NCBI RefSeq assembly: GCF_009834535.1
Contig: NC_045697.1
Location: 32,428,001-32,492,000 of the forward strand
From: Camelus ferus
Lineage: Eukaryota
Reading direction: 5' to 3'
DNA length: 64,000 bases
The position numbers and the translations under genes are program-made. Shown here piece after piece: positions 38,721 through 52,781 of this stretch (positions are counted from its first letter, which is position 1; each line of letters begins with the position of its first letter). Under the pieces are notes generated by a model that saw only the letters and a list, made by a program, of their open reading frames with translations, was not told the DNA's origin and did not search any database.

Positions 38721-39769
38721 AGTAATTCAGTATCTAGCCACTTGTCCTAGAGTTGGTCTAACATATTTGAAATCCTTTGTCCCACTCTCCTCTAGTAGTT
38801 TAACATCTGCATCTCTTAGGGTATTTGCTCAATTGTCATGGAAAAAGAAACTCTTATGGTAGAAAAAGGACACATTTGAATCAAGGTGTGTTACAAACCT
38901 CATTCCTCACAATTGTTGAATTGCATTTAACTGTCTTTGTAGGTCATGTCCAAATCTTCAGATGCTTTTTATATTTATTATATTAAAAAGTATTCTGTTC
39001 AAAAATTGAAAAAAAAATTCAATCAAAGTAAATAATTGCTAGTGCCATCCAGGGGATAATTTTCCCAGCAAGTTCCCTGGAGAGCCTGGCAACCACTCTT
39101 CCTGTTTATTGAATCAGCCAAATAGTATAATCATAACTGTATCCTAAGGGGATTTCTGCAAGCTGAATCCACTACAATATCCTGGGTAGGGAAAATGAAT
39201 ATTCACCAGCTTTAGTAAGGATTAGCTATACCACCTTCTGTTTTGGTTAAAACTTAAGGTTGAATTTAAATGACAATTTGCCAGTTTGCGTTCTCAGAAG
39301 ATTCTAAAATAGAAGAAAAAAAATCTCATAATACAACAGTTAGTTTGAAAGAAAATTTGCCTTTCAAAAAAGGGACGCATTTACATAGCTTTCTTGCCTT
39401 CCATATCATTTTCCTGAAAAGTTCATTTAAATTTTTATACTGACCAGAAAGTGATTTTCAGTTTAGGAGGGGAACTTTGGTTATTGTGAAAATAGTAGGA
39501 GTCATTACTCCTGGATAGTGTGCTGTGCTATAGGATACATGTCACTGGCCTGGACCTGTAGGTTGTGGCCCTGAAATTAGCATTAGCAAAATCTATGTCT
39601 TAGGGAACATTGTTCAACTTCTTTAAAGTTTGATATCTCGATCTGTGAAAAGTGGAGGCCTATGGTCATTTTTAAAGCACTTGTTTGTGGCATTTAACAT
39701 TTAAAAAGTTCTAACTTGTGAGAGCTACTATTTCTAAATCTAACACAATAAATGAAGAGATCTAGTATA

Positions 39770-39960
39770 TTTCTGGCTACTATTTCTGCCAAGTATGTGC
39801 CTGATAATCTATGAGATGCTTTCCACATAATATTTCAGTGAATAACTCTAAGAACCCTTTGTTTTAAGTACTATTATTCTCATTTTAAACGCGAGAAAAC
39901 TGACTCTTAAAGAGTTTAAGTAGCCCAATATTGTACAGTAAATCATTTCTAGAATTAGGT
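39770..39960. mobile_element. MIR SINE
   Basis: 'taagtactattattctcattttaaacgcgagaaaactgactc...agagtttaagtagcccaa'. Confidence 0.6.
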
Positions 39961-40064
39961 AACTTCCAATTCCATACACTTTCTCTTACCAGATTTCTAC
40001 CTGAGGCCCAAAGAACAAGGATTATTTTTGGTGGTGGTTGTTTTTTAAGACCTATTTAGGATTT

Positions 40065-40215
40065 TTTATTTTATTTTACTTTAGTTTTTATTCTGTTAAG
40101 AGCACTTAACGTGAGCTCTAATCTCTTAAATTTTTAAGTGCACAGTAGAGTGCTGTTTACTATAGACACAACTGTACAGCAGATCTCTAGGACTTACTCA
40201 TTTTATGTACTGAAT
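40065..40215 (-). mobile_element. Short old L1 3' end (L1MA/L1MB-like)
   Basis: 'taagagcacttaacgtgagctcta...aaatttttaagtgcaca...tgtacagcagatctctag'. Confidence 0.7.
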
Positions 40216-40627
40216 CATTTTTAGACTCTAAGAACTGTATAGCTATATTTCAGACCCCTGATAATATATTTAAGATTGAAAACAAATTTCTTCTCTCAAG
40301 TGTCTCTCTCATTGGCTTCCATGTTTCATTAAATTAAATAAAAATATGGGATTCCTAGAAGGTCCCAAAATACACAGCTATTGGGCTTTAAGGGGTTAAT
40401 ATGACTCTATTACTCTCCATTTCTCCATTTCCAGGAGAACAGAACTGTATGTGTATAAAACTACATTTTCATGAGATAAGACAAAGTTTTCATGTAGGTT
40501 TAGATTAAACTTCTGTTTCTCAAGTTAAATTCTGAAGACAATCAGCATGACCATCTTCCAGCACAATTCTATCAGAGATCAATCCAGTTAGAATTAATGG
40601 TGGCAGCAGGCTGCAATCTGAATTTTA

Positions 40628-40828
40628 TTTTATTTTATTATACTTTTTTTTTATTGAGTAATAGTCATTTTACAATGTTGTGTCAAATTCGAGTGTAGAG
40701 CACAATTTTTCAGTTATACATGAACATATATATATTCATTGTCACATTTTTTTTCACTATGAGCTACCACAAGATCTTGTATATATTTCCCTGTGCTATA
40801 CAGTGTAATCTTGTTTATCTGTTCTGTG
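40628..40828 (-). mobile_element. Young, heavily 5'-truncated L1 3'UTR
   Basis: T-rich tail; perfect 16-bp TSD tgcaatctgaatttta at 40612-40627 and 40829-40844; homologous to 42640-42820. Confidence 0.93.
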
Positions 40829-41419
40829 TGCAATCTGAATTTTAAATAAGCTACATCCTCTCCATCTAATTCCCATTTCTAGAAAACTGCATGAATGCTA
40901 GATTTTGAGTGACTGGGGCCTAAGTCTGGTGAGGAACAACTCAGGAAAAAAGTTCAAAGTCAGTGAATTAGGAGAAAATTGCAAATAAAAGATGCTTTTG
41001 AAAAATCCTTTCACTTTCCCATGAAGTACCGTATACACAGTTGTGAATGTACTAACCTATATATAAACTAACACAGCTTTGAATGTATAATCTATAATGT
41101 TAATAGATATGGAAAAACTGTATCACGATACACAGTGTTTGATTCCAAAGGGTTTCTTGTTTGGAACGACTCATTGCATTCATTATCCTTTCTATTGCCT
41201 TCATCTCCATCTTAGAATTGTTTTTCTTCTGCTCTTGCCTGAATAATTTCTTCATTTTTTTCCCCTAGGGTATTTAAGAAAACCCCACCACCCACTTCCA
41301 GGTGACTTGAAAGGTCATTCATTTCTCTCTGAGTGGTGGGAGAAAAATGTTAAAGGCTTCTATTCTTGTTTCCTTGAGTTTATACCAACCTGCATATACT
41401 CTATTTTTAACATACAATT

Positions 41420-41990
41420 TCTTTATTTTTTGATTAGTTTTAGATACATAGAAAAGTAGGGGAAGTTAGTACAAAGTTCCCATATGTCTAATACTCAGTT
41501 TCCTTTACTATTAATACCTGATATTAATATGGTACATTTGTCACAATTATTAAACTGATACATCATTATGGCCAAAGTCCATTCAATTGCGGGGCCCCCA
41601 CTTAAGGATTAGAGAATTATACTCCACTTTCTTTAGTCAGAGTGTTTTCATAAATTACTTAGAATTCTCTTGCATGAGAGATTTGTCTTTTCTCTCCCAT
41701 TTATTCAGACATTTATTTATATTAAGTTGATCTTTTTTATGCTTTGGGTTATATCAAATACCATTTTGTGTATTTTGTTACTCAAATTGTTTAGCTTTGG
41801 CCACTGAGAGCTCTTTGGGGTGGTTCCTATGTCCCTTTGACATCTTTCACACAATAACGGTGGTTTGTTAGCGGTGGTGTGTGTTAGAGCACTTTCTTAC
41901 TTTCTGGCACGAAAAGATGCTTCAGGCTCATCTTGTATAATTTCTGCTGAAGTCCTGAATTAGCCTATTAAGAAATCCTGATTTATTATT
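41420..41990 (-). mobile_element. Old L1 3'UTR (L1MD-like)
   Basis: 'ttttagatacatagaaaagt...tggtacatttgtcacaatt...ttgttactcaaattgtttagctttggccactgagagctctt'. Confidence 0.7.
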
Positions 41991-42626
41991 GATCAATGGC
42001 TCCTTTTGTTTGCTTGCATCCATCTCCTGTAGGAGTTAGATTCTCAGTGATTATGATGAGAAACTGAAGAAGAATGCAGTTCCTGTGGCTCCCATGCCTA
42101 GTAAACGTATTTTTGTGTTTTGAACATTAAATGCATGCACATTTTGACCTTGTTGTATCTCAGAGACAGCCATAAAGGTAGTGTTAGTCAATAGAGTCAG
42201 CAAATTAAATAATAGCCCAAGACTTCTTAATACTTAAAGGAAAATTCTGGTCATTTTAAAGAAATTGATAGGAAAGAATAAATCATAGGTAGGTTCTGTA
42301 TAAACAGATTATTTTTATATTTCCTACTAAAAAGAATATCTATAAATGGTCTGTGCCAATTATCAAGATTCATGTCAACTTGAGTGTAAGCATGTAAATA
42401 TGTATGCACTCTTTTAAATATACCAATTTAAAATTAGCTCTATTTTTGTCCATTATAACAAAAAGGAATTAAGTTTAGAATTTAATAGTTCAGCTTCTAT
42501 TTCACATTTTGTTAATATATTTGAATAATAATAATAGAAAGGTAAGAATTTATCTTATTGCATTTATATGGTAAGCCAATAGTATTCGGGGATATTTAAT
42601 AATCAGTGATATTTGTATTGTGCCTT

Positions 42627-43455
42627 TTTTATTTAAAATTTTTTTATTGAGTTATAGTCATTTTACAATGTTATGTCAAGTTCTGGTGTACAGCACAATT
42701 TTTCGGTTATACATAAATATACATATATTTGTTTTCATATTCTTTTTCACCGTGAGCTACTACAAGATCTTGAATGTATTTCCCTGTGCTATACAGTATC
42801 ATCTTGTTTATCTATTCTATATAAGCCTGTCAGTATCTACCAATCTTGAACTCCCAATCTTTCCCTTCCCACCCCCTCCCTCCTGGCAACCACAAGTTTG
42901 TATTCTGTGTCTGTGAGTCTGTTTCTGTTTTATATTTAAGTTCATCTTCTTTTTTTTTTTTTTTTTAGATTCCACATATGAATGATCTCATATGGTATTT
43001 TTCTTTCTCTTTCTGGCTTACTTCACTTAGAATGACAGTCTCCAGGGACATCCATGTTGCTGCAAATAGCATTATGTTGTCTTTTTTATGGCTGAATAAT
43101 ATTCCATTCTATAAATATACCACCTCTTCTTTATCCAGTCATCTGTCGATGGACATTTAGGTTGTTTCCATGTCTTAGCTATTGTAAATAGTGATGCTAT
43201 GAACACTAGGGTGCAGGTGTCTTTTTGAATTAGAGTTCCTTCTGGATATATGCCCAGGAGTGGGATTTCTGGGTCATATGATAAGTCTATTTTTAGTCTT
43301 TTGAGGAATCTCCATACTGTTTTTCACAATGGCTGCACCAAACTGCCTTCGCACCAACAGTGTAGGAGGATTCCCTTTTCTTCACAGCCTCTCCAGCATT
43401 TATCATTTGTGGACTTTTGAATGATGGTCATTCTGATTGGTATGAGGTGATACCT
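42627..43455 (-). mobile_element. Young 5'-truncated lineage-specific L1 (ORF2 end + 3'UTR)
   Basis: Well-preserved 'gatggacatttaggttgtttccatgtctt...gaggaatctccatactgt...ggctgcaccaaactg'; degenerate TSD ta(t/c)tgtg(c/t)ctt at 42616-42626 and 43456-43466. Confidence 0.9.
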
Positions 43456-44769
43456 TACTGTGTCTTATAAGTTACATTTCACAGTCCTTATTCCCTTAAC
43501 CATCAATTTTTAAAAAATGTGAACTTAAAAAAATAGAACATTTCTTAAATTTTGTTTGAGATTGTCTAAACTTGGAAATTGGTATAGAAAAGATAAATCA
43601 GATATCAGCTCAGATACAGGATTTTTCACTGCAGAATATTTCTATTTTTCTTCTATAGGAGCAGAAAAGCAAAATCCATACTAAAAACCTTAGAACTAGG
43701 CAATAAGTCTATTTTGATTTAAAATATGTCATGAATCAAAGAAAATTTTGTACCAGCCAGTACAACCTAGCTAGAGAAATGTTCTGGTTATATGCAATAG
43801 ACCAATTATGTCAATAGTAATTATACACCTATTTCTCCCACTGATCTTTTTCCACTGAGAGGTAGTTCACACATAAAATTCATCTTTTTAAAATGTAAAA
43901 TTCAGTGCTCTTCAGTATGTTCACAGAGTTGTCTAATCACCTTCACTGTCTAATTCCAGAACCTTTTATAACCTCAAAAATAAACCCCAGACCCATTAAC
44001 TGTCACTCCACATTTTACCATCACCATAGCTCCTGGCAATCACTAATCTACTCTCTGTCTCCATGGATTTTCCTGGGCATTTAATATAAATAGAATCATA
44101 CCATATGTGGTCTTTTGTGTCTGGTGTCTTTAACTTAGCGTAATGTTTCCAAAGTTCATCCATTCTTTTTATGGCCAAATATTTCATTGTATAGTCTGCC
44201 TATTTTCATCAGTTGATGGACATTTGCTTTTTCTCACTTTTTGGCTGGTATGAATAATGTTGATAGGAATATCCACGAATAAATTTTTCTGAACATTTGA
44301 TCTCAGTTTACATGGACTTAAGAGTAGAATTGCTGGCTAGTGTGCTAACTCCATGTGTAATTCCTTGAGAAACTATCAAATTGTTTTTTTAAAGCAACTA
44401 TACCATGATACAATTTGATCAGCAATATTTGAGGATTCTGATTTCTCCAAATCCTCATCAACACTTACTAGTTTTTATATTTTTCTATATATTTTTTCCG
44501 CATAGTCATATTACTGACTATGAAGTGATAATCACCTTGTGGTTTTGATTTTCATTTCTCTAATGGCTAATGATGTTGAGTCTTTTCATGTGCTTATTGG
44601 CCTTTGTATATTTTCTTTGGAGAAATGTGTATTGGACACTTTTCACTTTTTATTTGTGTTGTTTTTTCATTGTTGAGTTGTAATAGTTCTTTGTATATTC
44701 TATTAGACACTTATAAAATATATGGTTTGCAAATATTTTCCCATTCTATAAGTTGTCTTTTTACTTTTC

Positions 44770-47700
44770 TTTTTCTTTTATTTTCTTCTTCTTTGTTGAG
44801 GTAACATTGATTTATAACATTATGTAAGTTCCACATGTACAACATTATATTTTAACTTCAGTATACCTTACAGTATGCTCACTACAAGATTACTTTCCAT
44901 CCATCACCATAAAATTGAGCCCCTTTACCCACTTCACCTTCTTCCCAACTTTTTCCTCTGGTGACTACTAATCTGTTCTTTGTAACTATGTGTTTGTTTT
45001 TCTTTGATTTAATTTGTCTGTTTTTTATAATCCACATATGAGTAAAATTATACATTATTTGTTTTTCTTTGACTTATTTCACTTAGCATAGTATCCTCAA
45101 GGTCTATCCATGTCACAAATGACAAGATTTCATCTATTTTTATGGCTGACTAGTATTCCATTATAAATTATATTCAACATCTTCTTTATCCATTCATCCA
45201 TCGATGGGCACTTAAGTTGTTTCCATAACTTAGTTTTTGTAAATGTGCTGCAATGAACTTAGAGGCACATATATCTTTTCAAATTAGTGTTTTGGTAATC
45301 TTCAGATAAATACCCAGGAGCAAAATGGCTGGAATATATGGTAGTTCTATTCTTAATTTTTGATGGAATCTTCATACTGTTTTCTATACTGGCTGCACCA
45401 ATTTACATTCCTAACAGCAGTATATGAGGGCTTCCTTTTCTCCACATCTTCACCAACACCTGTTTTTTTCTTGCCTTTTTGATAATAGCTATTCTAACAG
45501 GAATGAGGTTAGAATGTGATTTTTATTTGAATTTCCCTGATGATTAGTGTTAAGATCTTTTAAGACATAAGATGTTGCCCATCTGTATGTCTTCTTTGGA
45601 AAAATGTCTATCCAGCAACTTCTTGTTTTTCAATCAGGTTTGTTGTTTTTGTTTGTTGAGTTATATGAGTTCTTTATATATTTTGAATATTACTCCTTAT
45701 TGGATAGATGATTTACAGGTATCTTTCCTGTTTGGTAGGTAATCTATTCATTTTGTTGATGGTTTCCTTTGCTGTGCAGAGCTTTCTTTCAATGTATTCC
45801 CATTTGTTTATTTTTGGTTTTGTTTTCCTTGCCTGAGGAGACATACAGAAAGATATTGCTAAGACTAATGTCAAAGAGTATGTTGCCTGTGTTTTCTACT
45901 CTGACTTTTAGGGTTTCAGGTCTTTAATCCATTTGGAGTTGATTTTTGTGTATGGTCTGGGATAGTGGTCTAGTTTCATTCTTTGCATGTGGCTGTCCAG
46001 TTTTTCCAACATCATTTATTGAAAACATTATCCTTTCACTCGTATATTCTTTGCTCCTTTGCCATAGATTAGTTGTCCATATATACCTGTGGGCTTATTT
46101 CTGGGCTCTCAGTTATGTTCCATTCATCTATGTGTCTGTTTTTCTGCCAACAGCATGTTGTTTTGATACTGTAGCTTTGTAATCAAGTGTGAAATTAGAA
46201 AGTGTGATACTTCTGGATTTGTTCTTTTTTTTCTCAGGTTTGGTTTGGCTATTCAGGGTCTTGTTGTTCTATGTCAATTTTAAGTGGTTCTATTTTTGTC
46301 AAAAATGTCATTGAGATTTTGATAGGGATTGCACTGAATCTTTAGATTGCTTTATGTATGTAGATATTTTAAAGATGTTATTCTTCCAATACATGTTCAT
46401 GGAGTATTTCCATTTCTCTGTGTCTTTGTTAGTTTCTTTCAACCATGCTTTATAGTTTTCAGTGTATAGATCTTTTACCTCTTTGGTTAATTTTACTCCT
46501 AGACATTTATTCTTTTTGTTGTGATTATAAATGGGATTATTTTCATAATTTCTCTTTCTGCTAGTTCATTGTTAGTGTATAGAAATGCAACAGTTTTTTT
46601 GTACATTGATTTTGTACCCTGTAACATTACTGAATTCATTTATATTTTAATAGTTTTTTGGTAGAGTCTTTGGGGTTTTCTATATATACAGTCATGTCAT
46701 CTGCAGTAGTGACAGTTTTACTTTTTCCTTTCCAATTTGGATACCATTTATAAATTCTTTTTCCTGCCTAATGGCTCTGACTAGGACTTCCAATACTATG
46801 TTGAATAAGACTGGCAAGAATGGGCATCAATGTCTTGGTCCTGATCCTCTAGGAAAGTCCCTTTTCACCATTGAGTATAATATTAGCTATAGATTTGTAA
46901 TATATGGTCTATATTATATTGAGGTATGTTCCTTCTATACCCATTTTATCAATAATTTTATCAAAAATGGGTGTTGAACCTTGTCAAATGCTTTTCATGT
47001 GTTTATTGAGGTGGTCATATAGTTTTTATTCTTCATATTGTTAATGTGATGTATCCCATTGATTGATTTGTAGATGTTGAATTATCCTTGCATTCCTGGA
47101 ATAAATCCTTGTTGATTGTGATATATGATCCTTTTAATGTATTGTTGTATTTGGTTTGCTAGTATTTCATTGAGGATTTTTGCATCTATATTCTTCAGAG
47201 ATAATGGCCTGTAATTAATCTTTTTTTGTGTTGTTCTTGTTTGGTTTTGGTATCAGGGTAATGTTGGCCTCATAAAATGAGTTAGAAATTATTCTCTCCT
47301 CTTTGATTTTTGGAAGAGTTTGGGGAGAATAGGTAAGTATTAAATCTATTTTAAATGTTTGGTAGAATTTACCTATAAAGCCATCTGATCCTCAGCTTCT
47401 ATTTTTTGGTTGGTTTTTAATATCCTTTATAGTGATCAGTCTACTCAGATTTTTTATTTCTTCACGATTCAGTCTTGGAAAGTGATATGATTTTAGAGTT
47501 TGTTTCTTCTAGGTTTTACTATTTGTTAGTTATAGCTGTTCATAATGCTCTCTTATAATCCATTGTATTTCTGTGGTATCTGTTATTTCTCTTGGTTTTT
47601 TCCCTGGATTTAGCAGTACCTTCTCTCTCTTTTTCTTAGTGAATTTAGCTAAAGGTTTGTCAATTTTGTTTAACTTCTCAAAGAACCAGCTCTTAGTTTT

Positions 47701-50700
47701 ACTGATTTTTTTCTATTATATTTTTAGTCTCTAATTCATTTATTTTTGCTCTGATCTTTATTATTTCCTTCCTTCTAGTGACTTTGTGTTTTGTCTGTTG
47801 TTTTTCTAATTCTTCTAGGTGTAAGGGTTAGATTGAGTTTTTTTTTGTCTCGTGGAGTAGGTCTGTATTGCTAAAAACTTCCTTCTTTGTACTGCTTTGC
47901 TGCATCTCATAGTTTTCGGTATGTTATGTTTTTTATTTTCACCTGTTTTCATGTATTTTAAAAAATTTCTCCTTTGATTTCTTTGCTGACCCAATAGTTT
48001 TATTTAGTAGCATGTTCTTCAGTCTCCACATATTTATGATTTTTTCCAGCTTTCTTCTTCTAGTTGATTTCTAGTCTCATACCGTTTTGATCAGAAAAGA
48101 TGCTTGATATGATTTGAATCATAGATTTACTGAGACTTGTTTTATGTCTCAACATATGTTCTATCCTCGAGAATGCTCCATATGCACAAGAGAAGAATGT
48201 GTATTTTGCTGTATTTGGATGGACTGTTCTGTGTAAATCTATCAATTCCATCTGCTCTAATGTTTTATTTAAGTCTGCTGTTGCCTTGTTGACTTTCTGT
48301 CTGGCTGATCTAGTCACTGATGTAAGTAAGTGTTTAAGTTCCCTACTGTTACTGTGTTGCTGTCAATTTCCCCGTTTAGGTCTATTAATAATTGCTTTAT
48401 ATATTTTGATGCTCCTATGTTAGGTGTGAAATATATATATATATACTGTTATATGTTTTCAGTGAATTGTCCTATTTATCATTATATAATGTCCATCTTT
48501 GTTTCTTGGTACATGTTTTGGCTTGAAGTCTGTTTTGTCTGAAATGAGTGTGGCCTACGTCTGCTTACTTGTGGCTACCGTTTGCTTGGAGTATTATCTT
48601 CCAGCCCCTCACTTTGAGCCTGTTTGTCTTTATAGCTGACGTAAGTTTCCAGGAAACAGCATGATGTTGGGTCTTGTTTTTTAATCCAGCCAGTCACTCT
48701 GTGTCTTTTGATTGGTGAATTCAACACATTACTATTTAGAGTGATTCTTGATATATGAGAACTTAACATTGCTATTTTATCTTTTGTTTTCTGGTTGCTC
48801 TATATCCCCATTGTTTCTTTTTCCTTGAGTTTCTATCTGCCATTTTCATTTGGTGGTTTTCTACGGTGATTTTCTCACTTTCCTTTTGTTTATGTTTCAT
48901 GTTTCTGCTCTATGTTTATGTCTTGTGGTTACCATCAAGTTTATGTGAAATGTCTCACAGATATAAAGGTCTCTTTTTCTGCTGACAGCATCCTATCTTC
49001 ACTTGCCTATATGGGGTTTTCCTCTTCCCCCTTTGTTTTTTGTTGTCTCAGATTATCTCTTTTTTGGTTGAGGTTTTGTTGCCAAATTGAAGTAGCTATA
49101 GTAATTTTTATTACATTTTCCCCTGTAAACTTTATGATATAATAAAGTGTTTGACCTATTCTAATATGGAGCTACAATTTTCTTATTTTTTCTATTTATA
49201 ACCTTACTTGAAGTTTTGTGTACTTTTGCGTTTTTGTTTCTGGTAGATCACCTTTCTTCATTTCTTGTTAGGCAAGTCTAGTGTCGGTGAACTCCCTCAG
49301 CTTTTGTTTGTCTGGGGAAGCTTTCATTCCTCCTTCATATCTGAAAGATTACTTTAGTGGATAGAATATTTTTGAATGCCAGTTTTTACTTTTCAATATT
49401 TTGACTATGGTGTTCCACTCTCTTTTGGCCTGTAGAATTTCTGCTGAGAATTCTACTGAGCCCAGTGGGGCTTCCTTCATAGGTTACCATCCCTTTTCTC
49501 TGACTACCTTTAAAATTCTTTGTCATTGACCTTGACAATTTTAATGTAATGTTTTTTTAGAGAAGGTCTTTTTGCATTGAGGTAATTAAGTGTTCTCTTA
49601 GCTTCATGGACTTGTATATCCATTTCCTTACCCAGGTTTGGGAAGTTCTCAGCCATTATTTCTTTAAATAAATTCTCTGTTCCTTATCCCTCTCCTCTTC
49701 TGGGGTACTCATTATTCTAATATCCTAATGTTGCCCTTCTTAAAAAGAGTCAGTTCTTGTAGAATTTCTTCATTGTTTTTTATACCTTAATTCTCTCTTC
49801 TCTTCTACCTCTGAGGCATTTGTAGATTTCTATCTTTGAGCTCACTAATTCTCTCTTCCAAATGGTCGGCTCTATTTTCAGTGTTTTCTAATGCACTCTG
49901 CATCTCATTCATTAGGCTCTTAATCTCCAGGATTTGTTTGGTGCTGTTAGAGTTTCAATCTCTTCGGTAAAGCTTTCCTTCTGTTCATTAATTTTCTGAG
50001 TTTTCTTGTTGCTCATTATGTTTTCATGACAGCTTTCTTGTGTTCTCTGCTAATCAGATAGCAATATTCTGTGACTCTAAGTTTGGTTTATGAAAAGTTG
50101 TCATTTGCTTTTTATGGTTGAGTGTTCCTGTGGTTTTTCATGGTGCTTGATATTGTTCCTCTGATGTGGCATTTGAAGTAGGAACACTGCTTGATTCTAG
50201 TGATTCAATAGATTAGAAATTAGAGGCTTTCCTTTTGTTTTCCAGTAGGTGGCAGTACAGCACAAGTTTTGGTTTGCTCTTACCTGAGCTGCCTTTAGTT
50301 GCATTTGAGAATTAGCACTTTCCTCCCACCACCAGCTCTGTCAGAGGTGTTGTCTAGTGCCCTTGTATTTGTTGCTTGTACCTCCAGGGTTTTAGGTAAC
50401 TTGCTGTTGCTGGTGCCTCTGGTGTTGCTTCCTAAGGCACTGGGATGGCAATCACTTCAGCCACATCCCCGGTCTTCTGAGTTGTAGGCTTCACTGCCAG
50501 GCATGGAGGACGGTTGGTGGGTAGCTAGGGTTGCGTGTGCCTCCCCCGTGTCCTGGACTGTTGGGTTTGTGGGCACTGCCACTGTGGGTGGGAAGTGGGG
50601 GACCAGAGTCTTGGGCATCTCTGCAACTGGAGGGATGGCATTGCCCCCCCCCCCCCACCGCTGCCACTGCTACCAGTTTTCCTGCGGCCATGGGTTATTC

Positions 50701-50985
50701 TGTGGCCCAGAGGCAGGAATCATGTGTGCTGCCTCCTGCGATGCCTCATGCAGATTTAGCCACCTTGGCTGAGCCTCCAGGATCACAGGTACCACCTCCA
50801 TTGTTCCCCAAGTTTTGCCTCCTCTATATGTTCCCATCCACCCATCTTTAGATGTACAGATGTGTGAAATTCTTCAGCGTCCTGGTGTATTGGGCAGAGG
50901 TACCTTTGTTGCGTTATGGATGTTTTACTGCTTGTAGATTGAAGGGGAGACAAAAGGAACATCTAAGTCCACCATGATGCTGGTA
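44770..50985 (-). mobile_element. Full-length (~6.2 kb) decayed LINE-1
   Basis: T-rich tail and 3'UTR; ORF2 endonuclease peptides (ORFs 48575-48769 ITLNSNVLNSPIKRHRV..WIKKQDP and 48060-48317 IDLHRTVHP..YTFFS..FSRIEH); ORF1-like region near 49200-50050; GC-richer 5'UTR ending 'ccaccatgatgctg'. Many stops and frameshifts. Confidence 0.88.
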
Positions 50986-52299
50986 TCTTCTTTCACTTAC
51001 AGTATCTTTTGAAACACAATTTAAAAAATGTTAAGTCCAATTTATATAAACTTCCTTTGGTTGCTTACACTTAATTGTCATATCTAAGAAACTATTGCCC
51101 TAGGGCTTAAAGATATTACATAGTTTTCTTCTATAAGAATTTAGCTCTTTGATGTAATTTGTTTGTGTGTTTGTTTTTGGTATATTCCCAGAAACTTTTG
51201 TTGGAAAGACTGTTCTTTCCCCACAGAGTTGTCTTTGCATTCTTGTCAAAATTCAATCACTGTAAACTATATGGGTTTCTTTAAGGACTTTCAATTCTGT
51301 TCCATTGATTTATAAATGTATCCTTATGTGCTGCACAGTTGTGATTACTGTAGTTTTGTAATTTTGTGAAATAGAGGAATGTGATTTCCCCATGTTTGCT
51401 CTTTTCAAGATTTTTTTGACTCTTGTGGGTTTCTTGAATTTCCTATGAAGTATAGGATCATTTTGTCGATTTTTGAAATAAAAAAGGCAGGTGGGATTTT
51501 AATAGAGATTTCATTTAATCTGCACATCCGTTTGGAGATAATTGCTTTATCAATATTAAATCTTCCAATTCATGAATACTGAATATCTTTTCATTTACTT
51601 AAATCTTTAATGTATTTCAATAATTTTAGTGTATGAGTTTTGCATTTTTTGCTAAATTTATTCTGAAATATTTTATTTTGATGTTTTTTTAAACAGACAT
51701 TTAAAATTTTATTTTCAGATTGTTTATTGCTGATATAGAAAAATACAGTTGATTTTTGTGTGTTAATCTTGTATTATCTAATTTTTCTGAACTTATTTTT
51801 TAACCATAGTCATTTTATTATGGATTCTTCAGGATTTTCTATATATAGAAGATCATGTCATCAGTAAATGGAGAGTTTCTTATCTCCCATCTGGGTGCCC
51901 TTTATTTGTTTTTCTTGTATAATTGCCCTTGGTAGCACTTTCAATAAAATACTGAATAGAAGTAGTGAAAAGAAATATCTTTGTTTTGTTCCTGATCTCA
52001 GGAGAAAGTTAACTTTTTTTACCATTAATCATGATGTAATCTGTGGGGTTTTTTCTAGTTGCCCTTTATCAAGTTGAAGAATTCCTTTCTATTCCTAGAT
52101 TTTTAGTCTTTTGTCATAAGAGAGTGTTAGATTTTGTCAATTACTCTTTTGTCATTTATTAATTGTCTTTTGTTCTTTATTATCTTAGTATGGTGTACTG
52201 CTTTGATTGAATTTTGTATGTTTAAACAACCTTGGATTCCTGGAATAAGTTCCACTTGGTCATGGTACATATTCTCCTTATATGGTGTGAGATTTAGTT

Positions 52300-52781
52300 G
52301 GCATAATAGCTTCCTCTTGCTGCTATAGCAAATGATCATAAACATGTCTTAAAACACAAATTTATTGTATTGTATTTGTGAAAGTCTGAAGAACAAGATG
52401 GGTCTTATTATGTTAAAATTAGGCTGCATTCCTTCTAGAAGCTCTGGTGGGAGGAGAGATCTATATCCTTGCCTTTTCAGCTTTTAGAGGCTGTCTGGAT
52501 TCCTTGGCTCATGCGGTCTTCCTTTGTCATCGAAGCTAGCAGTATAGCATCTTCACCTACCTCTCTGATTCTCTTTTCTGCCTTTTTCTTCCTCTTACAA
52601 TTTTAAAGACTCTTGTGATCACATTGGACCCTTTTGGCTAAATCAGGATTATCTCCCTATTTTAACTCCAACTGATTTAACAACCATATTCCACTGCTAA
52701 ATTAATTCCCCTTTGTCATATTAAAGATCCCAGGTTGTAGAATATGGACATCTTTAGGGAGCCAATATTATACCAGCTACA
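52300..52781 (-). mobile_element. MaLR solo LTR (MLT1D/E-like) nested in L1
   Basis: 'ttcctcttgctgctatagcaaat...ggctgcattccttctagaagctct...atatggacatctttagggagcca'; L1 ORF2 resumes at 'gtttgctagtattttgttgag'. Confidence 0.8.
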